From positions 21,082,152 through 21,121,123 of the forward strand of contig NC_068982.1 of NCBI RefSeq assembly GCF_001194135.2: a stretch of 38,972 nt of DNA, read 5' to 3'. Each line of letters opens with the position of its first letter. Positions within the stretch are counted from its first letter, which is position 1. A program made the translations under genes and the position numbers. The notes under the pieces were generated by a model. That model was not told where the DNA came from. It did no database searches and worked only from the letters and a program-made list of their open reading frames with translations. Source of the stretch: Octopus bimaculoides. Taxonomy: Eukaryota. Below, piece by piece: positions 12,409 through 23,439 of this stretch.

Positions 12409-12560
12409 TCACACACACATTAACATATATATACATATATATGACGGGCTTCTTTGAGATTCCGCCAACCAAATCCACTCTAAAGGCTTTGGTCGGCCCG
12501 AGGCTATAGTAGAAGATACTTGCCCAAGGTGCCACGCAGTGGGACTGAACCCGGAACCAT
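12151..12560 (-). mobile_element. tRNA-derived SINE, family A: near full length, lacks the A-box end, has an internal (TA)/(TG)n tract
   Basis: B-box GGTTCAGTCCC (12541-12551); ccttgggcaagt core-like block; internal microsatellite at about 12355-12440; the 3' half ends in an A-rich caagtaaaagaatataagaataagaa tail. Each half has separate paralogues in this window. Confidence 0.9.
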
Positions 12561-13377
12561 ATATATAATTCTGAATAATTGTATTTGAAATCTCATGAAT
12601 AAAATGTTACATATATTGTTACATAAAATAACAAAATTAATGAATTCAAATTTCAGTGAAACGATTGTAAACTGATATAACAAAAGGACTTACTCATTTA
12701 ATTATTGTACAGAGTGGGGAGGAGAGAGAGAGAGAAAGAGAGAGTGAATGAAAAGAAATAGTGAGAGGAAAAGAGAAAGAGCAAGACAGACAAGAAGAAA
12801 GAAATGAATCACAGCATAGATAATAGCTATAGAAGCAGTGTGAATGTAGGTATGGGAGAAATAACCTAGCAAACGAAAGCAACACAGAAAACTGCACAGG
12901 TTTGAAGTTCTCACCATTATCAAATGTGTCGCTAACACCAATAGTATTTTACACTTATCGAGACATCCTGCCAGGGAAGGCGAAAAATTAGAAAAAGCGA
13001 CATGTGGTGGAGTATATGAATATTATTATGTATCAGGTATATACAATATAGCTTTCTTGTAAAGATGGAGAAAAATAATTATCTCTTTCGGCTGAGAAAA
13101 ACAAAGCAAATATAATAAGCGGAAAAGATCAGTATGCTGACTGAAGGAGTATATAACAAGCAGAGTATGTTGTGTAAAAGAAAACAGATTGTTGTTTTGA
13201 CACCGGATGCTGAACGTTGACAGGTAGTAACAACAAGGTGTCATGTGGCAAAACCAAGCCGAAATAGACACGAACACGCATGAAAATGTCTGTTGTTAAG
13301 AGGCAGAGGTACATTCTGATGGTGAAACATATAAGAGAATATAAATATAGTGGGGAGAAGGAAGACGGTTGATTGAT

Positions 13378-13380
13378 TAG

Positions 13381-13414
<34 letters not shown>

Positions 13415-13470
13415 GAGAGGGAGAGAGAGAGGGGGAGAGAGAGGGAGAAAGAGAAAATGTGAAAGAGAAG
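13378..13470. repeat. (GA)n / (GGGAGAGA)n polypurine tract
   Basis: Read directly. Confidence 0.95.
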
Positions 13471-13890
13471 GAAAGAGTAACAAACAAAGCATTATGCGAA
13501 GGAAACGGTAGAAAAGTTAAGAGAAGAGATGAGAGACAAACAGTCTCAGAGACGCTCAAAACTATCCTATTATTGATATGAACTAAAAATCTTCCAAACG
13601 TTAGGATTATAATAGAACGGAAACGTAAGGCAGTCATGTATAACGAAAAGGATACGGTAAAACCAAAATCATTGATGGTTTCATCGACAGTCGACTGAAT
13701 TGCTTGCAGTTTAAGCAACTTATTTTGCTATCTAATATAAGTGACTCTAATATGTTCTTAGATTTACACAAACTTTATTTTGGAATGCTGCAGTGCAAAG
13801 AGAGAACGGTAGCAAACAATACGGGGATTTAATAATTATGTATGTATATAATACATGTATGTCTGCATGCTTTTGTATTTATGCTTGTAT

Positions 13891-13975
13891 CACACCACCG
13901 CTTGACAACCGATGTTACTTTATTTCCGCCTCCGTAACTTAGTAAATCAGCAAAATAGTATGACAGAGAAAAGTA
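13891..13975 (+). mobile_element. SINE family A internal fragment, degenerate
   Basis: cgcttgacaaccgatg...ccgtaacttag matches the reverse complement of about 12275-12340. Confidence 0.75.
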
Positions 13976-14411
13976 GTAGCTGCACCATTTCGTTGAACAA
14001 TATGGTCCTCTACCATAGTCGCATTCTAATAAATTATAGAGGGAAAAGATTTTGAATCGCCTTGAAAACGTTGTGCTAGCATATTTTTGGAAATAAAAAT
14101 TTTAGTGGCATCTTCTATGTCTATAAATTGTTAGTATAATAGAAGCAATTGTAGGCTTCATAAGGGTAATTCCAGAATAAAGATGTGATTTTCTCTATAC
14201 GTATTTTTGTGGTCAAATACCTTGAATTTGTCCAAATGCGTCTAAATCCTATTTCGATCTACTTGCCATACATGATGTATTTCCTTCGATGTTCAATCTA
14301 CTTACATTTACTGGTGTCTGCTTGTTGGATAGGGCTAATCAAATTCACTTAACACTAAGTGCTTTATTGATATCTGCCTGGACCTGTTAACCCTTCTAAT
14401 ATATATATGTA

Positions 14412-14815
14412 TAAACAGTAAAGCGAGTAGCCACATCAAAGTGGCAGGTAGATGTTACTACTAGTTTAACCCCAGGCGGATTCTCCGCCAGCTAGTTTTC
14501 GGTGCAAGCTCTGCACCCTTTTCATACAATATATCGCTAGCAAGGGGAACGAAGAGTTACTATCACCCAGCAGCCGACAGGGTCACGGGAAAGGCCAGTT
14601 TCGAGCTATTTGGCTCACATCAGCCGCGCGCATCTGTGTAGTCGTGTGATAGCTAAGATCCGCTTCTGCCAGCGATATATTGTAAACAAAGTGACCATAT
14701 ACTGTATATAAAGAGTGCAGAGCTTTCACCGAAAACCAGCTGGCAGGGAATCCGCCCGAGGTTAAACTGTAACATATGTCTGCCTCTTTGATGTGGCTTC
14801 TCGATTTAGTGTTTA
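14412..14815. mobile_element. 404-bp non-autonomous element with long imperfect terminal inverted repeats (MITE-like or Penelope-derived foldback)
   Basis: Left arm (14412 to about 14545) aligns with the reverse complement of the right arm (about 14668 to 14815), with one indel of about 22 nt. TA lies at both outer ends. No ORF. The spacer contains a hammerhead-like core on the minus strand. Confidence 0.88.
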
Positions 14816-14857
14816 AGTTACGTTGCTACACTATCTCTTCTTGAGATTTTATAACTA

Positions 14858-14949
14858 TACGCACACACGCACACACATACATTCACACACGTACACACAT
14901 ACGCGCGCGCACGCACGCACACACACATACACGCACTTACTCGCGCACA

Positions 14950-14990
<41 letters not shown>
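14858..14990. repeat. (CA)n/(CG)n alternating purine-pyrimidine tract
   Basis: Read directly. Confidence 0.9.
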
Positions 14991-14991
<1 letters not shown>

Positions 14992-16199
14992 AAAGTATTC
15001 TGAGATCTAGAATTCTTTGCATTTAGAATAATTGCAGTGGTATAAAATTCATGAAATATGAATATAGTGTATGCCACTTATGTCGTATATCACTAGATAT
15101 TGGGGATAGGAAATATTTAAGATGGAAATTACATTCATTTTCATTATGATCGTGTATTTAACAAATACATTTTTTCGAAGGACATACGTAGTTAAATATT
15201 TATTTAAATTAATAACTAATTTATTTATTTATGGTCCAGTATTATGTTGTAATACATTGGCGAGGCTCAGTTTGACGAGTGGTACTCATGATTTAATCAG
15301 TGATAACGATTTCATATATTGAGGAATGGATAGCTTTTTGAATGATGAAATATAGAATTACACATATCTAAATCTAATTATGTTCTTTTTTCGTTCTCTT
15401 AATATAATTATAATTGCAATGATACTGACACTATTCGCGTTGTATAAAAGTGCGCAGTAACACCGACCATAGAGCTTTTTCGAAGCAGATTGGAACCGCA
15501 GATAAATTAATGATATAATAGCCCTCTACACAACTGGATTAAATGTCTAATTATTAAATATCTATCCGTTTTGATGTGTGAATGCTAGTTAGATGTACAG
15601 AGAGAAACTGCTGCACGACATAGCCAACTGTAAACTTTGTATTTACGTATAAAATCTTACATTTCATTATTATCTGGAATAATGGTAGAAAATTAGGAAT
15701 CATACATAATCATATTTGGTGCCTTCAGATATCATAAAGTTTGATTTAATACACATACTTGGAAATTCTAAAATTCCAGACTAACTTGCATGAATATCAA
15801 GGCTTTCATAAGATTTTGTTTATATATTCATTATCAATTTTGCGTTATGTTCGAGACGTATGTGTATAAGTAAATAAATAATAATGATGATAAATAAATT
15901 TATTAATCCAGTATAGCTCGAATATATTTTATCGATTACAAAGAAAAAAAAACATTCAGAAGTTGCATAAAATATCGGATTAAGCCCATTGGAAGCTTGG
16001 CTGATTTGGACAATTGGTAAGATGTATAAAGAATAAATAAAATAAATAGGTCAGTAATTATAAAAAAAAGAAGCAACAAAAGAATATTCTTTGCATGCAA
16101 GCATGTCCGTAGAAAACGTGTATAGAAAGCAAATTTCTTTTAGTTTGGAAATATAAAATATTATATATGTTATAAATACTGTAGGTCTATAAAAAAAAG

Positions 16200-17185
16200 T
16201 TTTAAATGAGTTTGGTTCAACAGAAGATGGGTTTTAAATGAGTTTGTTTCTTCAGATTTGACAGCGAAAAATTGTTTTTTACCTTTCGAGGTAAAATATT
16301 ATTATATATGTTAATACTGTTAAAAATATGGATATTTTGAGAAATTGATACTCGACAAAGGGGCATTGCAAAACTCAAGTGAGCGATACCTCTTGTTTGG
16401 TAGTTATGAGGGAGAGAACGGCGACGGATAATTGCATAGAAATAAATATGGCGGTGATAAAAAAATTTATTTAACATACGATGAGTACGGGAATTTTATT
16501 TTAATACATTGCTTATATGTGTTTTGAAACTGTGAGACATATCAATATGAATGTCCAGAAATTGTATTGATGTTGCATGTGAAATTGATTTACCTACAAT
16601 GAGGACATTAGGAAGAAGCTTTTGGGACTTTGTGGAGAAAAGCATGTAGCAGGGTTTTTTTTTAATATAAAGGGTAAGCCGATTAGCGATAAGCCATTGA
16701 TAAACCTTCTACAGTTCTGATTTAACTGCATTGAACAGAAAGGGCAGGTCCTGGTGACTAATAAAAGTAGTAGAGTCATCGACGAAATGTAGAAAATTTA
16801 ATAAATTAGTAGAACTCCACATATCATTTATATAGATAAGGAACAGTAATGGTTCCAGTATAGACCCTTGGAGGACTCATAGCTTTATAGTGGATAAAGG
16901 CGATTTTGATGTTTCAACAGAAACATCGTGTTTGCGCTGTGAGAGGTATGATCTGAACCAATTGATTGGAACTCCATGTATTCCTATATCCCAAAGTTTG
17001 GTCAACAATATATCTGAATATACATAATCGAACGCTTTACTGACATCTAAGTAAAGTGCAAGGAAATATTTAGAGATGTTTGGTGAGTTGTAGGCATGAT
17101 CTAGAAATACAAGGAATGCATTAGCAATACTAAATAATACACTTGCAAAAATGATGTTCGAAACTTTTAGAGAGACAAAGAAAAT
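16200..17185 (-). mobile_element. CR1-group (Crack/Daphne/L2-like) LINE: RT domain and C-terminus, pseudogenised
   Basis: One minus frame from 17131 to 16217 reads LYLDVSKAFDYV, NWFRSYLSQRK, *VLQGSILEPLLFLIYINDM, HFVDD (16775-16789), WLIANRLTL, HNYQTRG, YNNILP..KK. Three in-frame stops. Confidence 0.92.
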
Positions 17186-18207
17186 AACCCGGAGGAGATG
17201 AACAGAAATTTGGCATGAGTGTGATCGATGTATGGAAACTATTATTTTCGATTCCTACAGTTTAGGTGCTGAAATGTGTGAATTTCCAATGTGGATTCAC
17301 CAACGATGAGACTAAATGCGTTAAAAGTAAATTTTCTTACATAAAGAAGATATCTTTCCCATAGTTGGGAAAGAGGATTAATATCTTAAAGTTTCTCGCA
17401 ATTTGCACTTACTTACCTACTCGTTTTACGACTTCGCGTATACTTTACGTGAATCTGATTAGCAGTTCATTACTAGTCGTTAACATGCTAGAAGTCCTTT
17501 GACAATCAATGGAAGAGGATTTCCACGCAGGGCTGATCAAACGCATGTTGTATGTATAGGTAATTAACAGCATTTCTCTTATATACATATATCAGAGAAG
17601 TGCAGTCTAGGTATTCTAGGGAGGCAGTGCCTACATTGGATAAAATAGATCGATGGCAGCATTTTACATTCATGGCAAAATATGCACCTAATTCTATAAA
17701 ATCATGATTACTATGCATAAAATGCAAAACAATTTATTTCTTTGTAGATTAGGTTGGCATAATTCGTCCCTGCTATTCAATCTCAGTACTTAAGCTACAC
17801 ATAATAAATACTACTGTAGTACGCGTGTCGCCTACATTCCTACAACAACGCTTTCATTACGTGGTACAGAGGCAGCAGTATATCTGCCAACAACTCAGTC
17901 AGGCGCCAGTGTTTCGCTTATATTTTATGATTTACTATATAAAGGTCACCAACTGCTTACCCTGAGTAATTACTGAGGGCACGTGTTTGATATATATATA
18001 TATATACATAATAACAATTGTATCTTCTGAATCAGATATACACTGAATAATATTGGTTGAAAAAAAAACAATAAAACACAACACTCCTAGAAATAACAGT
18101 TTTTTTAAATTGAGATAAATATGCATTTTATTTCACTATTAAATTACTAGAAAGCTATTGGTGGATTAGACAACACAAATATTTTGTATAAGCACTGTTA
18201 AGTATTA

Positions 18208-18639
18208 NNNNNNNNNNNNNNNNNNNNNNNNNNNNNNNNNNNNNNNNNNNNNNNNNNNNNNNNNNNNNNNNNNNNNNNNNNNNNNNNNNNNNNNNNNNNN
18301 NNNNNNNNNNNNNNNNNNNNNNNNNNNNNNNNNNNNNNNNNNNNNNNNNNNNNNNNNNNNNNNNNNNNNNNNNNNNNNNNNNNNNNNNNNNNNNNNNNNN
18401 NNNNNNNNNNNNNNNNNNNNNNNNNNNNNNNNNNNNNNNNNNNNNNNNNNNNNNNNNNNNNNNNNNNNNNNNNNNNNNNNNNNNNNNNNNNNNNNNNNNN
18501 NNNNNNNNNNNNNNNNNNNNNNNNNNNNNNNNNNNNNNNNNNNNNNNNNNNNNNNNNNNNNNNNNNNNNNNNNNNNNNNNNNNNNNNNNNNNNNNNNNNN
18601 NNNNNNNNNNNNNNNNNNNNNNNNNNNNNNNNNNNNNNN
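18208..18639. other. Assembly gap (432 N)
   Basis: Run of N. Confidence 1.
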
Positions 18640-18678
<39 letters not shown>

Positions 18679-18848
18679 TTAGATAAAACATAGATTTGTT
18701 TCGACCTAAGATTGCTTAAGGCCATGTCTAACTTAATAGCACCACCTATATATTGATAGGAAGGGCAACAACATATAGAAAGAGACCTCGATATTATGTA
18801 AAAGAGAAATTTATCTGTAAAAATATGTGACACTTATTTGGTAGCGAT

Positions 18849-18909
18849 GATAAAACTCCGAGTTTCGGATGCCGGGGTGGGAACCCACGTCAACATCTCT
18901 TCAGTTATC
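18849..18909 (-). ncRNA. Candidate type I hammerhead ribozyme, probably from a Penelope-like or retrozyme-type element
   Basis: Minus strand: GATAA-CTGAAGA-GATG...CATC-C-GAAA-CTC-G-GAG-T-T-TTATC. This gives stem I of 5 bp, core CUGAAGA, stem II, GAAA, a near-palindromic stem III and a GUU cleavage triplet. Folded by eye only. Confidence 0.6.
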
Positions 18910-19029
18910 CGCCCCATGAAAATTCATATATTTATATACAAAGAGACACAGAGTGAAGTAGATAGATACATAGATATGTATGCATACGTACATGAAAACC
19001 TACATGCTTACGTGCATACATATGTGGTG

Positions 19030-19235
19030 GTTGTCTACTCCGTATGCAGAGTCTGACCGCCCCTCATACCTACACCTTAGATCCTTCATGGTGTCTGGTG
19101 TGGATTTTTAAACCAGACAAACCCCCACGTAGATTGTATATCCAAGAGCTGCAGTTTATTTCTGAACTTTGTGAATATTAAATTGTCTTTTGAGGCCACC
19201 GTTTGATTTGCAGACCTTATGGCATAGACGGCATA
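19030..19235 (-). mobile_element. 3'-terminal remnant of an RTE-like LINE (C-terminal zinc finger and 3' UTR)
   Basis: Minus 19233-19156 reads CRLCHKVCKSNGGLKRQFNIHKVQK*, a C2H2-like finger with the first His replaced by Gln. This is typical of RTE ORF ends as I recall them. Confidence 0.5.
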
Positions 19236-19237
19236 CC

Positions 19238-19313
19238 TACATACGTACATACTTACATACATACATACATACATGAATACATACATATATACATACATGC
19301 ATGCATGCATACA

Positions 19314-19344
<31 letters not shown>

Positions 19345-19345
19345 T
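19238..19345. repeat. (ATAC)n microsatellite
   Basis: Read directly. Confidence 0.95.
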
Positions 19346-19429
19346 CATATGTGTCTCTGGGTAAGCATTTGCATAGTGTTTGTGAATGTGCATATTTCTG
19401 TTTTAGTTCGTAAGAAAGTATGAGAGAGA

Positions 19430-19565
19430 AGGAGGCAGGGCGAGAAAGATAGATAGATAGAGAGAGAGGGGTAGAGAGGGAGAGAGGGTAAAGGTGGAGA
19501 GAGGGATAGAGATGGATAGAGGGATAGAGATGGAGAGAGGGGGGTGAGAGGGAAGGAGAAAATGA
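19430..19565. repeat. Polypurine tract with a duplicated agagggatagagatgg unit
   Basis: Read directly. Confidence 0.85.
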
Positions 19566-20697
19566 GAGCATTCTACTTCAAATTTCTCTCAATATCTCTC
19601 TCCCAATTTGTTGATATGTAATTATATTTGCTTGGAAATAAGTCGAAATTCTGAACATTGCTTCACTTGGCCTTGTAGCAACCATAGATTACTATGTATT
19701 GACAGCTGCTTCCACTTTATTTACTTTCCGCTGTCCCTTTTGCTGCATTACATTTTTAACATAAAGATATATGCGCAGTTTAATATATTTTAGGTGCAAT
19801 TGTCGATATATAAAACTAAACACAGTTCTCTAACAGAATGATAGGATCTGTCCAGTGTAAAATGGAGAGTAGTTGATTCTTGTTGCATATCTGTTGCTCG
19901 TATTTATCAATGCGTTACTAAACATGTGTGAGTATATGTGAGTTTTGTGCTCGATAAGGTTAAATTACTATATGAATGTGCATTCGGAACGAGTAAAAAG
20001 AATGTTTTTCTAGTGATGAATGTTGTAATTTTTGCAGAAATCCATAGATTGGGATGCGGTCGTGGTAGAGGTGGTTGATGTGGTAGAAAAGGCAAGCAGA
20101 TATTTCAAATAATCAAAATGTTCATTCGCAACCATTAGAGATATACCAGGCAGTGGTCACTGCGGCAACAGCTTCCGATAAGCTAATGCAGTGTCATAGT
20201 ATTGATCTTGCATCAAGGATCAATAAAACATGCGTGAATGTGCTATAATTCACCAGTAGAATCAAGCCCTTTCTTTATACCCTTACATTCGTTATTGCAT
20301 CCTTTCTTCTCTCTTCCATTCCTATTATTCATTAGTTAGTGCTGGAGCCCAAACTGACATGACCTAGCCTTATATCATTTCATAATGTTGTTGTTGTTTT
20401 TATTGATGCCACGGTTTCTTTCTACACGTTTTATTGTTTTTCATAAGGATGAAGATTGGGTTAGTAAAAGCCGTTAATAAAATTGAATTACTATGAAAAT
20501 ATTTTTTCATTGTTTCAGCGTGGCATTCAGAGGGTGATGGTGGAGAATTAGGAATAGAACATTCAGTAGAGTGGGTTTCTGGACTGTTTATGCGTTCCAA
20601 ATGTACTCTTTGTTATACTTTGATTTCTATTATCATGCATTACTGTTTTCTCATAATCATCACAATCATCCTTTCCATTCTCCACTTCATTACGTTT

Positions 20698-20742
<45 letters not shown>

Positions 20743-20824
20743 GTCGTCGTCGTCGTCGTCGTCATCATCATCATCATCATCAGTTATGTTATTAATATAA
20801 TTATTATTATCATTATTATTATTA

Positions 20825-20875
<51 letters not shown>

Positions 20876-20890
20876 GTTGTTGTTGTTGTT
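20698..20890. repeat. Compound triplet array (ATC)n(GTC)n(ATC)n..(ATT)n(GTT)n
   Basis: Read directly; it produces the poly-D, N, H, I and Y pseudo-ORFs. Confidence 0.97.
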
Positions 20891-20897
20891 CTTATAC

Positions 20898-21057
20898 AAA
20901 CGGGTGAAATGTTTAGCATTATTTCCACGGGGGCTAACATCGTTTACATCTTTCGGGGTCGCAAATTTAAAGTGCCAGTGAACTACGGAGTCTGATATAA
21001 TAGACTAACCATTCCCCTGAAACTTGCTACCCGTATTCCAAAATTTGGAGCTTTAGT
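20898..21057 (+). mobile_element. Degenerate SINE, family C, followed by an (ATT)n tail
   Basis: Blocks gaaatgtttagc, catctttcggggtcg and ccaaaatttgga match a common mollusc/octopus SINE as I recall it. No second clear copy is in the window. Confidence 0.55.
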
Positions 21058-21058
21058 A

Positions 21059-21119
<61 letters not shown>

Positions 21120-21129
21120 CATCATCATG

Positions 21130-21161
<32 letters not shown>

Positions 21162-21193
21162 TAGCATCATCATCATTATCATCATCATCATCA

Positions 21194-21228
<35 letters not shown>
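21058..21228. repeat. Symmetric compound triplet array (ATT)n(ATC)n(ATT)n
   Basis: Read directly. Confidence 0.97.
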
Positions 21229-21229
<1 letters not shown>

Positions 21230-21483
21230 TACTGAGACACAAAGATGGTGAGTAGAAAGGAAAGCATAAATATTGATCGCCAGAAAGGGGTTGGTAGGTT
21301 CAGTTTGTATGGTTGAAACATGGAAATTATGCATAAAATTATCAATTTTCTGTAGTTATGAAAGACTACCGCAGTTTGAAAATGAATGCAGAAATAATAC
21401 TTGTTGTTGCAGTTACAGTTTTAGGATACACAAACATACATGCATACATACATATATATATATATACACACACATACATATAA

Positions 21484-21522
21484 ATCTATCTATCTATCTA
21501 TATATTGAGATAGATAGATAGG

Positions 21523-21572
<50 letters not shown>

Positions 21573-21580
21573 TAGATATA
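21484..21580. repeat. (ATCT)n then (AGAT)n tetranucleotide repeats in opposite orientation
   Basis: Read directly. Confidence 0.9.
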
Positions 21581-21689
21581 TCACATTATACATATATGTG
21601 TGTGTAGAAATATCTATCGCCATCTATATAGAGAGAGGTAGATGCATACATGTATGCACGTACATATATTTACGTATATATATATGTAT

Positions 21690-21785
21690 GCATATATATA
21701 TATGTGCGTGTGTGTGTGCGTGTGTGTGTGCGTGCGTGTGTGTGTGTGTGTGTGTGTGTATGTATATGTATATGTATATACACAC
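21690..21785. repeat. (TG)n/(TGCG) microsatellite
   Basis: Read directly. Confidence 0.9.
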
Positions 21786-23439
21786 AGATATTCCCTTCTC
21801 ATAATCTAGCATGCACGCATAAAACGCCTCAGCTATATCCATGCAGACACATGGATTGCATATATTTTGATCAATATTCTGTATGAGCAATGCTTGTGGG
21901 CCTACTAAATTATTTTCCTCCGCGAATCCTCTCTTCGACATGTTTAAAACAAAGAGCTGCATTTTACTGCAGTGAATTTTACTGAATACAACCTCCCCCA
22001 ATAGGCAATGTTCACATTCTAAAAATAGATGACTTTGTTTTCGTTTTATATCCTTATATTTACATGTTTTCTTCTTGTTTTACCGTGGCAACAAGTGCGA
22101 TTGAACGTACCTACAACGATGCAGCAATTATTTGTAATTCCCGTACTGATAATCGATCATAAATTTGTGCGCTTCATGTATTTAGTAAATTTGCAGTACT
22201 TAGTTTTTCGGTTTGTATATAACATTGTACATTATATATATATTGTCAAGTGTAAATTGTGTACTGCAGAAATTAAGATAATTGCATTCGGTTTGATGCA
22301 TGCTAAGTAATGTGAACTTGTGGATTGCGCATGATATTGATGATTTTTTTATTATCAAATTATTCTGAATTTTGTTTCGGTCGAAGAAACTATATTTATA
22401 TCCGTATGCAACGGTCTTCTTCTTTGTATTGGATAGCCATTTCAATGTGATTAAATAAAACCGCAACAAGATTAGTGTTAATTACATTATTTGCATGGAA
22501 TGAAGGACACTGATCTTGTCATGTATATGAAAATGGTTCAATACAAATAATTGTTCGTATTGAAAATGTTGGTGTATTAAAAAAGGAAGATATACACATA
22601 TCTATTATTTATAAATACACAATATCTATCTTACAGATGTGTATAGTAACAGATCGATTATGAGACAATCTAAATTGACTGCAACTAAGTTGTAACAGGA
22701 ATATTTTCTGCATTCTATATGCAAGACATATGTGTTACTTGTCACAAGCGCAACTTTTGAATGAACATTACAAGGACTAAATTTTATAATGCTGTTAGAT
22801 TACAGTTTCACCAATAACAGGTATATTGATACCAACAATAATTTAGAAATGGTAATGTGATAAATGGTGCTGTAAGGAGAGTGCAAATGTGGTACTAATC
22901 AAATAACAAAAGAAATCATGGATCACACCTGCTGTCGAGAAACGTATCTGTCAATAATTGTATATCATAATCCTAAGGCAAATACTGGGATTTGGTCGGC
23001 TTTTACCCCATATTCTGCAAGTTTTTTTTTCATATTGTTTAAATGCGGGTCTTAAGAAACTGCTTCTGTTAGACGCAGAAAAACATGTATTTGTTTTACG
23101 CCGTTGTAATTTACTTCGTCTTTCAATCGCGTGCATTTATGCATCATGTATACGGAAACATTTAGCACTGTGTGGCTTAAGTATGATGTAGTGCAAAGCA
23201 AATGGTCGGCTGATAAGCATATCGGACTTTCACAATTCACTGAATATTACACAAAACTCCATACCTCAGGGAAATACGGGAATATGCATTCAACGCAGAA
23301 CCGGTATAGTGCATTTACTAACAACTGCAATTACTCACAAAAATTCAACTGTCAGCTTTTTAGAAACTCTGTTTAGTCATAAACCCGGTTAAAGCTTCCT
23401 CGCAGATAGAAATTTTGGATAGACATGCCTCGAAGCTGT

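Noticed and set aside
13130-13290. Possible RTE 3' remnant (ENRLLF*HRML)
   Set aside because: Too degenerate to support as a feature.
14430-14500. HDV-like ribozyme or tRNA/SINE reading of the hairpin module
   Set aside because: No P1 partner for taacccc exists upstream; A-box spacing is wrong and the B-box has two mismatches.
16256-16290. 35-nt exon candidate DLTAKNCFLPFE resembling a kinase catalytic loop
   Set aside because: It is the antisense strand of the Crack/L2 LINE C-terminus, so the match is coincidental.
20563-20940. Acidic poly-Asp/poly-Asn ORF with apparently synonymous GAT/GAC variation
   Set aside because: Fully explained by triplet slippage; the other frames give equally long homopolymer ORFs.
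21240-21255. Perfect donor ATG/GTGAGT
   Set aside because: The upstream sequence is a microsatellite with no credible exon; it may be a decayed SINE head.
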